From contig CAMIWC010000003.1 of NCBI GenBank assembly GCA_946402315.1, positions 12,879 through 76,878 on the forward strand: a stretch of DNA of 64,000 nt, read 5' to 3'. The notes beneath the pieces are model-generated. The model was not told the origin of the DNA. It ran no database searches and saw only the letters and a program-made list of their open reading frames with translations. The DNA comes from an uncultured Clostridium sp. Its GTDB lineage: Bacteria > Bacillota_I > Bacilli_A > RF39 > UBA660. Both the position numbers and the translations under genes were made by a program. Positions 42,581 through 52,781 of the stretch are shown piece by piece; position 1 is the first letter of the stretch, and each line of letters starts with the position of its first letter.

Positions 42581-43807
42581 ATGACTTTATATGAAGAATT
42601 AGTATGGAGAGGACTAATCCAAGAAATAAGTAGTCCTGATTTAATTGAAAGATTGAACAATGGTGGTATGACATTTTATATAGGAACTGATCCTACCGCA
42701 GACTCTATGCATATAGGACATTATTCTTCATTTTTAATATCAAAGAGACTAGCTAAAGCAGGACATAGACCACTATTATTAGTTGGAGGAGCAACTGGAT
42801 TAATTGGGGACCCTAAACCTACTGCTGAAAGACCTATAATAAGTAAGGAAGAAGTAGAAAAAAATATAAAAGGCCTTACTAAACAAGCTAAAGAGATATT
42901 TGGATTTGAAGTAGTAAATAACTGGGATTGGACTAAAGATGTAAATATATGTGATTTCTTAAGAGATTATGGTAAGTATTTTAATATTAATTATATGCTT
43001 GCAAAGGACCATGTTAAATCTAGAATGGATGTAGGTATTACCTATGCAGAATTCTCTTATATGTTACTTCAAGCAATGGACTTCTATTATTTATATAAGG
43101 AATATAATTGTGAACTTCAAGTAGCTGGATCAGATCAATGGGGAAATATTACTTCTGGTATCGAATTAATCCGTAAGAAATTAGATAAAGAAGCATATGG
43201 TATGGTAATGCCACTAGTAACTGATTCTATGGGTGTTAAATTTGGTAAAACTGAAGGTAATGCATTATGGTTAGATGAAGAGAAAACATCGTCATATGAG
43301 TTATATCAATACTTAATTAACCTAGAAGATTCTATGATTATTGATTACTTAAAGAAATTGACTTTCTTATCTAAAGAAGAAATAGAAGGTATTGAAAGAG
43401 AACATCTAAAGAATCCAGAAATGAGACTTGCTCATAAAGCTTTAGCTAAAGAAATTATTACTGATCTACATGGAGAAGAAAGTTATAAAGAAGCTTTAAG
43501 AATATCAGAACAATTATTTAATGGTGATATAAAGAACTTTACTGAAAAAGAAATTGAATCTGCTTTTAGAGGATTAGAACCATTTAAAATAAATGAAGAT
43601 TCTAATATCTTAGATTTCTTAGTAAATAATGGTATTTGTTCTAGTAAAAGAGAAGCTAGAGAATTTGTTAGTGCTGGATCTATTACTTTAAATGGAGAAA
43701 AGATTACTGATTTAGAATATGTAGTAACTAAAGATTCTTGTTTACATAACAAGTACTTAATTGTAAGAAGAGGTAAAAAGAAATATTCTATAGGTATATA
43801 TGAATAA
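42581..43807 (+). CDS. tyrS: Tyrosine--tRNA ligase
   Basis: YIGTDPTADSMHIGH (HIGH), QVAGSDQWGNI, KFGKT (KMSKS equivalent), C-terminal S4 domain. Confidence 0.98.
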   Translation: MTLYEELVWRGLIQEISSPDLIERLNNGGMTFYIGTDPTADSMHIGHYSSFLISKRLAKAGHRPLLLVGGATGLIGDPKPTAERPIISKEEVEKNIKGLTKQAKEIFGFEVVNNWDWTKDVNICDFLRDYGKYFNINYMLAKDHVKSRMDVGITYAEFSYMLLQAMDFYYLYKEYNCELQVAGSDQWGNITSGIELIRKKLDKEAYGMVMPLVTDSMGVKFGKTEGNALWLDEEKTSSYELYQYLINLEDSMIIDYLKKLTFLSKEEIEGIEREHLKNPEMRLAHKALAKEIITDLHGEESYKEALRISEQLFNGDIKNFTEKEIESAFRGLEPFKINEDSNILDFLVNNGICSSKREAREFVSAGSITLNGEKITDLEYVVTKDSCLHNKYLIVRRGKKKYSIGIYE

Positions 43808-43844
43808 GGAGTACAGATGTACTTCTTTTTTATTGTAAATTTAT

Positions 43845-43862
43845 ATAGAACAAGTGTTCTAT
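43845..43862. promoter_or_regulatory. LexA (SOS) box
   Basis: ATAGAAC-AAGT-GTTCTAT = GAAC-N4-GTTC, overlapping the -35 of an extended -10 promoter (TG-TACAAT, 43877-43885). Confidence 0.8.
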
Positions 43863-43903
43863 TTTTAATAAAAATATGATACAATTGTTTTAGTGGTGAT
43901 AAT

Positions 43904-45388
43904 ATGGATAAAATATATATGTGTATTGATTTAAAAAGCTTTTATGCATCAGTAGAATGTGTAGAAAGAGGATTAGATCCATTAACGACAAATCTTGTTG
44001 TAGCTGATAAATCTCGAACAGAAAAGACCATTTGTTTAGCGGTATCACCAGCTCTAAAACAATATGGTATTGGTGGTAGAAGTAGATTATATGAAGTAAT
44101 AGAAAAAGTAAAAGAAGTAAATTTAGAAAGAAGAAGTAAAATAAAAACTAATTTTACTGGTACTTCTTATAATGATATAGCTTTAAAAAATGATTTAAAT
44201 TTAAAATTAGATTTTATTATTGCACCACCTAGAATGAAATACTACATGAAATATAGCAATGATATTTATAATATATATTTAAAATATTTATCTCCAGATG
44301 ATATCTTTGTATATTCAATAGATGAGGTCTTTTGTGATATTACTAATTACATAAAATTATATAATCTTACCAGTCAAGAACTAACTACTAAAATCATAAA
44401 AGATGTCTATGAAACAACTGGAATAACTGCAACAGCTGGTATAGGCACTAATATGTATTTAGCTAAGATTGCTATGGATATAGTAGCAAAGCACTCTAAT
44501 CCTGACGAAAATGGTGCTAGAATGGCTTATTTAGATGAATCATTATATCGTAAACTATTATGGAATCATGAACCTCTTACTGATTTTTGGAGAGTAGGTA
44601 AGGGAATAAGTAAAAGATTAGAAAATTATAATATTAAAACTATGGGTGATATTGCTAGAACCTCATTAAATGATGAGAATTTACTTTATAAGATATTAGG
44701 TGTAGGAGCAGAAATATTAATAGATCATGCTTGGGGATTTGAACCTTGTACTATTTCTGATATTAAGAAATATAAACCAAGAAGTTCTTCATTATCATCA
44801 GGACAAGTATTACATGAACCATATAACTATCGTAAAACTAGACTAATTGTTAAAGAAATGACTGAATTATTAACTCTTGATTTAGTTGCTAAAGGATTAG
44901 TAACTGATAAAATAGTTCTTACTATTGGTTATGATATAGAAAATTTAAAAAATAAAACTATTAAAGGTAATTATACCGGAGAAATAGTAAAAGACTTTTA
45001 TGGTAGAAGTATTCCTAAACATAGTCATGGTACTATTAATATTGATCATAAGACTGCATCTACTAAACTAATTTCATCTAAAGTATTAAGTTTATATGAT
45101 AGTATTATTAACCCAGAATTACTAGTTAGAAGAATTAATATAGCTGTTTGTGATTTGAGTAGTATTAAAGATAAAAAAGAAATAAATAATCAATGTAGTC
45201 TTTTTACTTTAGAGGATGATAAGAAAAAACAAGAATTATTAGAAGAGCAATCTGAATATAATTTACAAAAAGTAATAATAGAACTTAAAAATAAATATGG
45301 TAAGAATGCTATTCTAAAAGGAATGAATTTAGAAGAAGGTGCTACTACTATAAGTAGAAATAATCAAGTAGGAGGACATAGTGGATAA
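43904..45388 (+). CDS. Y-family translesion DNA polymerase (UmuC/UvrX-like)
   Basis: CIDLKSFYASVE, TICLAVS, YSIDEVFCD, GIGTNMYLAK, FWRVG. Confidence 0.9.
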   Translation: MDKIYMCIDLKSFYASVECVERGLDPLTTNLVVADKSRTEKTICLAVSPALKQYGIGGRSRLYEVIEKVKEVNLERRSKIKTNFTGTSYNDIALKNDLNLKLDFIIAPPRMKYYMKYSNDIYNIYLKYLSPDDIFVYSIDEVFCDITNYIKLYNLTSQELTTKIIKDVYETTGITATAGIGTNMYLAKIAMDIVAKHSNPDENGARMAYLDESLYRKLLWNHEPLTDFWRVGKGISKRLENYNIKTMGDIARTSLNDENLLYKILGVGAEILIDHAWGFEPCTISDIKKYKPRSSSLSSGQVLHEPYNYRKTRLIVKEMTELLTLDLVAKGLVTDKIVLTIGYDIENLKNKTIKGNYTGEIVKDFYGRSIPKHSHGTINIDHKTASTKLISSKVLSLYDSIINPELLVRRINIAVCDLSSIKDKKEINNQCSLFTLEDDKKKQELLEEQSEYNLQKVIIELKNKYGKNAILKGMNLEEGATTISRNNQVGGHSG

Positions 45389-45767
45389 GTATTTAGATAT
45401 TATAGATATAAAGCATTATGAACCTAGATTTCATAATCGAATGACTATTGAAAATAGATCTGCTATCTTTGCTCCTTTTGCTGCTCTTACTGGATATGAA
45501 GACTGTATAAATGAATCATCTAGATTTGTAGAAAGTAAGATTGATTTATCATTTGATGAATTAGAACTATTAAATAGAAAAGTAATTGATTATAAAAATA
45601 AAAATATTAAAATTACTTATTTTATAAAAGATAAATATAAATCAGGAGGAATCTATATAACTATTACTGATAAAATTAAGAAAATAGATTTAATTACTAA
45701 AGAAATTATATTAGAATCAAGAGAAATAATTAAAATAGAAGATATTTTAGATATAGATATGGTATAA
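45381..45767 (+). CDS. YolD-like protein
   Basis: RMTIENRSAIFAPFAALTGYE; overlaps the umuC-like stop. Confidence 0.88.
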   Translation: MDKYLDIIDIKHYEPRFHNRMTIENRSAIFAPFAALTGYEDCINESSRFVESKIDLSFDELELLNRKVIDYKNKNIKITYFIKDKYKSGGIYITITDKIKKIDLITKEIILESREIIKIEDILDIDMV

Positions 45768-45784
45768 TTAATTAAGGTGATTAT

Positions 45785-46321
45785 ATGGAAATTAAACAAA
45801 CTAATAAAAAGGATTTAGTAAAGAAATTACTTAAACAAGAAATAAGTGAAGAAGATGAAAATGATTTAATAGAAATGCTTATTGATAAACCTATTACAAT
45901 TGATGTAGATAAACAAGAAGATAAAGATTTAACTAAAGGAGAAAAACTCGCAGATAAACTATCTGAAGTAGCTGGTTCTTGGGGATTTATAATAGGATTT
46001 ACATTATTCATTTTAATTTGGATTGGAATTAATACTTTCTTAATTAAAAAAGGAGGAGATCCATACCCATTTATCTTATTAAACTTAGTTTTATCATGTT
46101 TAGCTGCGGTACAAGCACCAGTAATCATGATGAGTCAAAATAGACAAGCAAAAAAAGATAGTCTTAGAAACCAAAATGATTATCAAGTAGATTTAAAAAG
46201 TGAACTTATTCTAGAAAGATTACATGATGAAATACTAGAAAGTATTAAAAATGAAAGACAAATTATTAAACTACTAAATGAAATAAAAGAAGAACAAGAA
46301 GAAAAAAAAGAATCTAAATAG
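45785..46321 (+). CDS. DUF1003 membrane protein
   Basis: GEKLADKL...GSWGFI...DPYPFILLNLVLSCLAAVQAPVIMMSQNRQ. Confidence 0.9.
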   Translation: MEIKQTNKKDLVKKLLKQEISEEDENDLIEMLIDKPITIDVDKQEDKDLTKGEKLADKLSEVAGSWGFIIGFTLFILIWIGINTFLIKKGGDPYPFILLNLVLSCLAAVQAPVIMMSQNRQAKKDSLRNQNDYQVDLKSELILERLHDEILESIKNERQIIKLLNEIKEEQEEKKESK

Positions 46322-46332
46322 TAGGTGATTAT

Positions 46333-47037
46333 ATGAAAAAGAAATTATTATTATTAAGTTTAATTATATTATCAGTTATTACTATAACTGGATGTAAATC
46401 AAAAAAAGATTATGGATTAGAATTTAAGAAAGAATATGAAGCTTTAAATGGTACTACTAATAAAGGTGGTAAAGAACATAGAACAGTTGCTATCCCACAA
46501 GATAATCCTTATATTAAAGTAAATCCATCAGAAATAGTAGAAAAGATAGATAATAAAGAAACATTCTATCTATATGTGGGAGATCCTTTATGTCCTTGGT
46601 GTAGAAGTGTTATTGAAAAATCTATTGAAATAGCAAAAGAACATAATATTAAAAAAATTTATTATATAGATATATGGGATGATGATGGTAATGAAATACT
46701 TAGAGATAAATATGAATTTGTAGATGGTAAATTAACTCAAACAAAGAAGGGTACATCAGAATATAATAGATTATTAAAAGAATTTAAAGATGTATTACGT
46801 GATTATGAATTAGTTAATGAAGAAGATGGTAAAACATATACAACAGGAGAAAAGAGAATATATGCTCCTAACTTCTTCTATATTAAAGATGGTAAAGTAG
46901 TTAAATTAGTTACTGGTAAATCTGAAAAACAAAAAGATTCACGTGAAGAATTAACTGAAGAAATGCTACAAGATGAAGAAGATCAATTTAATGAATTATT
47001 TAAATTACAAAATGAATGCAAAGACAAATCTTGTTAA
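46333..47037 (+). CDS. Thioredoxin-like lipoprotein
   Basis: Lipobox ITGC; CPWC motif. Confidence 0.8.
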   Translation: MKKKLLLLSLIILSVITITGCKSKKDYGLEFKKEYEALNGTTNKGGKEHRTVAIPQDNPYIKVNPSEIVEKIDNKETFYLYVGDPLCPWCRSVIEKSIEIAKEHNIKKIYYIDIWDDDGNEILRDKYEFVDGKLTQTKKGTSEYNRLLKEFKDVLRDYELVNEEDGKTYTTGEKRIYAPNFFYIKDGKVVKLVTGKSEKQKDSREELTEEMLQDEEDQFNELFKLQNECKDKSC

Positions 47038-47065
47038 TAATTTTTAAGATAAAAAGGTGATATTT

Positions 47066-49891
47066 ATGAAAAAGACATTTCTTGTTGTATTAATTTGTTT
47101 AGTAGTAGGAACAGTTTTATTAATTGATAGTATTAGGGTTGATAGATTAAGTACTGCTATATCAGTTAATAATATAAATAATGATCAAACTAATAACAGT
47201 TTAAATACTGTATCTGGAGTTACATTTAAACCATCAAAACTTGGAAGTAATGTTAAGAATATAGCAATATTATCTCCTGGAGATGATAGTTATTTAACTA
47301 CAATTACATATGTAAATAGTAATATGGAAACTACTAATCAAGTATTTATGGACACATTTTTAGTTATGGGTAATACTATTGATGAAAAAATTGATACTTT
47401 GAATAAACTAGAAAAAAGAGTAGCCGAATTAAATAAAAAACATAATACAAATATCAAACTTAATATTATATTAGGATTTGGTACAATGAAAAACAAATAT
47501 AAAGATAGTGATACTACAACAAGTGTATTTAAAGCTTTAGACAATGAGCAAATATCACAAATACATACAACAATTGATAATAATATTACGGCATTTAAAA
47601 ATAAAAATTATACCAAATTAAATCTTATTGGTTTCTATTGGAATCCTGAGAGTGTAAATAATAGTAATTCGACTGTATCAATGATAGTAGAATTTAATAA
47701 TTATGTTCATAATAAAGGATATAAAACAATATGGATTCCATATATTACGGGATATGATAGATTAAGAAATGGGGATCATTTAATTAGTAGCAATGATCTT
47801 AATACAGCATGTCAAAAATATAAAAATTCAATTACTAAAGATGTATGTAATTCTGGTAAAGAATCGTTAGCAAATAGTAATGGTGTTCTAATTTATAGAG
47901 ATGAATTTCCATATTATGGATATAGTATGGGATTTGATTATGTATCAATTCAATCAAATTATGAATTCCATGGAAATAATCCTAGCTGGAATAAATATCG
48001 TTCTGGTAATGAAAATACTGTTGTAGATAGACTTAAATTTTCTGATTATGTATCTAGAAGTTTGAAAACTGGAATTGAAGTAGAATTAGATCCCGATAGT
48101 AGTAGAAACTTCTCTTTATATGGTAGTGATGGATGTACTAGATATAAAGAATGGATGACATATGCCAACAAAAATAACTGGAATCAATATGTAAAAGTAT
48201 ATTATATATATACAGAATTTAAACCAGCATATCTAGAACAAGGTGGAGTAGTAAGATCTTATTATGATATTACTTATAAATATGCAAAAGGAAATCTTAC
48301 TCAAAATGATATTAATAAATTAACTTGTGATAGAGAGTATTATTCTAGATATGTAAATGTATCTAAAGGTAAATCATATACTACAACATTAAAAAAATAT
48401 AAAAAAGCTCCAAATGATGGTAAAGAATATGGTTATAATTATTTAGATGCTAATCAAAATATAAAATGGAAAAAAGATCATAATAGATATTGCGAATATA
48501 AAGAATCTGATATAGATGGTAAATATACAAGTGCATTATATTGTGACGATGGGATTAAATTAACAGATGGAAAATTTGCTATGTCTCCTTATAGTACATT
48601 TGATGAATGGGTAGTATTTAATGCAAAAAAAGATCCAAAACCACGTCAAGTAATTGTTGATTTGGGTAAAAATGATGTAGCTCTTACATATTTTGCTATG
48701 GAATTAAATAATCAAAGTAGTAGTGGTGTTAAAATATTTCCTAGAGATGCTAAAGGACAAGTAAATATTTATGTGTCTGAAGATAATAAGAATTATAAAT
48801 ATATTGGTCATTTAACTCCAGTAGAAAAAAGAAATATAATTATGGCAGCATATCATGAGTTAAAACTTTCTAAAGGAGTTTCTGGTAGATATGTTAAATT
48901 TGATATTGATTATAAAGGATCTGACGGAATAATAATGATTTCTGAAGTAATAGTTGGTAAAACATCTACTATTGATGTTAGTAAACCTATATCTTATGCT
49001 TATGAAAATTCTGGTAAATATGTTGTACCAATTACAATGGTAAATGCAAAACCAGTTAATTTAAAAGCAACAAGTTCTGATCCTAATGTAGCAACTGCAT
49101 ATATTTCAGATAATAATCTAAAAATTACACCATTGAAAAAAGGAACAGCTGTTATAACAATTACAGATAAAAACTGGGGTACTACAACAACACATACTGT
49201 TCGTGTATATCAAAGAAGGCAAATTACTTTAAAGAGTAAAGGAGCAAATATAAACGGAAAGACTATTGACGTAGTAATAAAAGACGGTTCCAATAGTGCT
49301 ATTCCTGCTGCTGTTAAAAAAGGTTATACTTTTGCGGGATGGAAAACATCAAATGGTACTAAAATAATTAATGCTGATGGATCAATTAAAAAGAATAGTT
49401 ATATTAGCAGAGATTCTAAAGGGGTTCTAAAGATTAAAGCAAATTTGGTACTATATCCAATCTTCTACGAAAATAGTAATTCTGGTTATACAGCAGTTAA
49501 TAAAGCCGATATTGAAGACATAGATACAAAAACATTTATTGAGATAAATATTAAAAAAGCTGAAGTAACTATTCCTGATGGTGAAGCAGAAACTGAAATT
49601 ACAGATGAAATTCATGATGAACCAACAAGTGAAAACGATGATTCGAAAGAATCAGAAGAAGTAGAGGAAGAAAAAGAAGAAGAAACAAAAGAACAAGATC
49701 AAAACGAAGAAAATACTGAAAAAGAAGAAAAAGAAGAAGAATTAGAAAAAGAAACAAATAATAATAAAGAGAAAAAAGAAAATAATAAAAAGGATAAAGA
49801 TAAGGGGAATATATTTAGCAATGTTATTCTATATACTAGTGCAATTATTATAGTTATAATTATTGGATTAAAAATAATTATTAAAAAATAG
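47066..49891 (+). CDS. Surface protein: DUF4855-like domain, discoidin-like, Ig-like and B-repeat domains, acidic linker, C-terminal TM
   Basis: IGFYWNPES, IWIPY, GFDYVSIQSNY, GIEVELD; LTDG...VIVDLG; SSDPNVAT; KGYTFAGW; C-terminal TM plus KK. Confidence 0.7.
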   Translation: MKKTFLVVLICLVVGTVLLIDSIRVDRLSTAISVNNINNDQTNNSLNTVSGVTFKPSKLGSNVKNIAILSPGDDSYLTTITYVNSNMETTNQVFMDTFLVMGNTIDEKIDTLNKLEKRVAELNKKHNTNIKLNIILGFGTMKNKYKDSDTTTSVFKALDNEQISQIHTTIDNNITAFKNKNYTKLNLIGFYWNPESVNNSNSTVSMIVEFNNYVHNKGYKTIWIPYITGYDRLRNGDHLISSNDLNTACQKYKNSITKDVCNSGKESLANSNGVLIYRDEFPYYGYSMGFDYVSIQSNYEFHGNNPSWNKYRSGNENTVVDRLKFSDYVSRSLKTGIEVELDPDSSRNFSLYGSDGCTRYKEWMTYANKNNWNQYVKVYYIYTEFKPAYLEQGGVVRSYYDITYKYAKGNLTQNDINKLTCDREYYSRYVNVSKGKSYTTTLKKYKKAPNDGKEYGYNYLDANQNIKWKKDHNRYCEYKESDIDGKYTSALYCDDGIKLTDGKFAMSPYSTFDEWVVFNAKKDPKPRQVIVDLGKNDVALTYFAMELNNQSSSGVKIFPRDAKGQVNIYVSEDNKNYKYIGHLTPVEKRNIIMAAYHELKLSKGVSGRYVKFDIDYKGSDGIIMISEVIVGKTSTIDVSKPISYAYENSGKYVVPITMVNAKPVNLKATSSDPNVATAYISDNNLKITPLKKGTAVITITDKNWGTTTTHTVRVYQRRQITLKSKGANINGKTIDVVIKDGSNSAIPAAVKKGYTFAGWKTSNGTKIINADGSIKKNSYISRDSKGVLKIKANLVLYPIFYENSNSGYTAVNKADIEDIDTKTFIEINIKKAEVTIPDGEAETEITDEIHDEPTSENDDSKESEEVEEEKEEETKEQDQNEENTEKEEKEEELEKETNNNKEKKENNKKDKDKGNIFSNVILYTSAIIIVIIIGLKIIIKK

Positions 49892-49904
49892 TAAAGGAGA
49901 TAGT

Positions 49905-50009
49905 ATGGAATATATAAGAGTAAATAAATCTACATCATTTGAAGAAATAAATGAAAAATATACTAAGAAATATATGAACGGAAGACAAAAAAGTATTTCT
50001 CATCCATAG
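49905..50009 (+). CDS. Small ORF (34 aa) upstream of the ABC exporter
   Basis: AAGGAG RBS and ATG; MEYIRVNKSTSFEEINEKYTKKYMNGRQKSISHP. Confidence 0.35.
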   Translation: MEYIRVNKSTSFEEINEKYTKKYMNGRQKSISHP

Positions 50010-50021
50010 AAAGGAATAATT

Positions 50022-50783
50022 ATGATTGAAATTAAAAATGTATCAAAGGAATTTATTAAAATAGATAATAAAAAGAAAAAAACTAAGTTCTTAGCAGATG
50101 ATGATGTTTCCTTTAAAGTAAATGATGGTGAAATACTTGGTTTATTAGGACCTAATGGTGCTGGTAAAACAACATTACTTAGAATTATAGCTGGTATTAT
50201 GAAACCTACTAAAGGAAAAGTAATTATTAGTGGTAAAGAACTTAATGAAAATGAAATAGAATTAAAAAAACAAATGGCATTCCTATCTGGTAATACTAAA
50301 TTATATAAAGATATTTCTTGTGTTGAACTATTAAAGATGTGCGCAGCTTATTATGGCATGGATAAAAATACTATTGATAAAAGAATTGATGAAGTAATTA
50401 AAAGATTTGATATAGAATCATTTAAAAATCAAAGAATAGGTAATCTATCTACTGGGCAAACTCAAAGAGTAGGAGTTTCTCGTTGTGTAGTACATGATCC
50501 ACATTACTATATTTTAGATGAAGCTACATCTGGATTAGATATTATATCTAGTCAAGTTATATTAGACTTTATTAAAGAAGAGAGAGATAAAGGTAAATGT
50601 ATTATTTATTCAACTCATTACATGGAAGAAGCAGAAAATATATGTAATAGAGTAGTATTAATCAATAAAGGTAAGATTATTGCGATAGGTACTCCAAAAG
50701 AAATAGAAAAGGATACTAAAACAACTAATATTAGAGATGCCTTCTTTAAATTAATAGGAGGTGTTAATCATGAGATGGAATAA
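50022..50783 (+). CDS. ABC exporter ATP-binding protein (NatA-like)
   Basis: GPNGAGKTT, LSTGQ signature, ILDEATSGLD, STH. Confidence 0.9.
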   Translation: MIEIKNVSKEFIKIDNKKKKTKFLADDDVSFKVNDGEILGLLGPNGAGKTTLLRIIAGIMKPTKGKVIISGKELNENEIELKKQMAFLSGNTKLYKDISCVELLKMCAAYYGMDKNTIDKRIDEVIKRFDIESFKNQRIGNLSTGQTQRVGVSRCVVHDPHYYILDEATSGLDIISSQVILDFIKEERDKGKCIIYSTHYMEEAENICNRVVLINKGKIIAIGTPKEIEKDTKTTNIRDAFFKLIGGVNHEME

Positions 50784-51921
50784 TGTAAAAATAACTATTT
50801 TTAAAGAACTAAGAGGAATTTTTAGAGATAAGAAATCATTTCATAAACTATTACTACTACCTTTATTAATACCATTTATTATTTTCTTATTTGGATTCTT
50901 ATCTGACTTTATGGAAAATACTAATTACACAGTAGGTATTAACTATGAATTAACTCCTGAAGAAAAAGAAATATTAAAAGAATATAAGAATTTAGAATTA
51001 GAAACATATAAAAATGAAGATGAATTAAAACAAGCATATGATATAGGTGATATTGTTGGATACATAGTTAAAGAAGATAATCAATATACTATCTATACAG
51101 ACAATTCTTCTACAAGTAGTGAAGCTATATATTACTATTCAAGTGCTTATCTAGAAGAATATGCTAAGACTTTAGCAACTAACTATTTAATTAATGAAAA
51201 TATAGATCCTAATCTTGTATTTAATAATATTATAGTTGATGCTAAATCATTGAATGAAGAAGATGAAGAAGCAAGTTCAATGTTTATAGTACTATTATCA
51301 TTACCTATTACTTATGTATTAATGATTGTAGTTATGGCATGTATTACAGTAGCAACTGATGCTACATCAGGAGAAAAAGAAAGAGGTACACTAGAAACAA
51401 TTCTTACATTCCCAGTAAATAGTTCAGACTTAGTAACTGGTAAGTATCTAGCAACTGCTATACTAGGATTAATAATTGGATTATTCTCTTATATGTTAAC
51501 TCTTCCTTCAATTTATCTAAGTAAATTAATGTTTACTACTTTTAAAGATTTAAATGTAATTATTAATTTTAAAATGTTTTTCTTAGCATTAGTAATTATA
51601 ATAATATCTTCGTTCTTAGCTGCTGGAGTATGTATTGCTCTTTCTGGAAAAGCTAAAACTTATAAAGAAGCTCAATCATCTTTACAATTTGTATCATTCT
51701 TTCCGATGATTCCATACTTTGTACAAATAATGGAAGTAGATAATTCTATATTTAATCTAATACCTATTGCTAACTGTGGTATGGCTTTAAATGATATTAC
51801 AATGAATAAATTTAATCTTAATTCATTTATAATTATTGTATTAAGTTCATTAATATATATAATTATTATTCTATTCTATATATCTAAACAATATAAATCA
51901 GAAAAGACATTATTTGGATAA
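50770..51921 (+). CDS. ABC-2 permease (NatB-like)
   Basis: KELRGIFRD, ATSGEKERGTLETIL, GKYLA, AKTYKEAQS. Confidence 0.88.
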   Translation: MRWNNVKITIFKELRGIFRDKKSFHKLLLLPLLIPFIIFLFGFLSDFMENTNYTVGINYELTPEEKEILKEYKNLELETYKNEDELKQAYDIGDIVGYIVKEDNQYTIYTDNSSTSSEAIYYYSSAYLEEYAKTLATNYLINENIDPNLVFNNIIVDAKSLNEEDEEASSMFIVLLSLPITYVLMIVVMACITVATDATSGEKERGTLETILTFPVNSSDLVTGKYLATAILGLIIGLFSYMLTLPSIYLSKLMFTTFKDLNVIINFKMFFLALVIIIISSFLAAGVCIALSGKAKTYKEAQSSLQFVSFFPMIPYFVQIMEVDNSIFNLIPIANCGMALNDITMNKFNLNSFIIIVLSSLIYIIIILFYISKQYKSEKTLFG

Positions 51922-51991
51922 ATGTAAAAAAATAAAAATAATTATATGAATATTAATATAATTATTTTATAATATAAGTAGAGGTGATTTT

Positions 51992-52780
51992 ATGGCAGAT
52001 GTAGATACATTTGAAACTTCACAACAACATTTTGTTAATTTAGAAAATAAATTAAAACGCACAATAATGCAATGTAGCGATAAGAATTTAGTAGAAAGTT
52101 TTAATAAATATGATGCTTTAAAATTAGGAGTTAAAAATGCAACAGATGTTGCTCATTATCAATTAGAAAATGGACTCCATGTATATAAATTTCTTAATGG
52201 TAATCAACCAATAGATTATTGGATAGCTGGTAAACCATTATATGAAAGTTATACTTATAGAGGAACTGATGGAAAAGAATGTCAAGGTAAAAAGTTTAAT
52301 GGTAATTCTGGACTTGAATACTCTGCTGGTGGTATAGGTAATAGTCTTCCTCTAGATGGTGTAGATCATTATAGTACTCAAAGAATTGTCGCAGTAATGA
52401 TTCCAGGACCTAATAAGGCATATTTGAAATCAGATATACAAGCTGCCGAAGGATTCCCAATACAAGGTGGACTTTTTAGTACATTTAAAGATTATTGTTA
52501 TTATTCTGCTCCTAGAGGTGAAAGATCAGCTGCCCAATATTTCGAAGAAGGGGATTTAGTTGGATATATATCTGCTTGTCAAATACAACAATATCAACCT
52601 GATAATAAAGCCATTAAAGAAGACTTATTAGATACTTTTGGAAAAATTGATCAATTAACTATATCAAAGCAAAATGAACCTGAAAAAAAGAGAGGTTTCT
52701 TAAAAGGTCTTCTTAGTAGGAATAAAGATTTAGATCAACTATTAGATCCATTTACAGCAGAAAAGAGTAAAGGTAAATAA
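51992..52780 (+). CDS. Orphan hypothetical protein
   Basis: Own TATAAT-like promoter and AGAGGTGA RBS; no motif recognised. Confidence 0.65.
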   Translation: MADVDTFETSQQHFVNLENKLKRTIMQCSDKNLVESFNKYDALKLGVKNATDVAHYQLENGLHVYKFLNGNQPIDYWIAGKPLYESYTYRGTDGKECQGKKFNGNSGLEYSAGGIGNSLPLDGVDHYSTQRIVAVMIPGPNKAYLKSDIQAAEGFPIQGGLFSTFKDYCYYSAPRGERSAAQYFEEGDLVGYISACQIQQYQPDNKAIKEDLLDTFGKIDQLTISKQNEPEKKRGFLKGLLSRNKDLDQLLDPFTAEKSKGK

Positions 52781-52781
52781 T

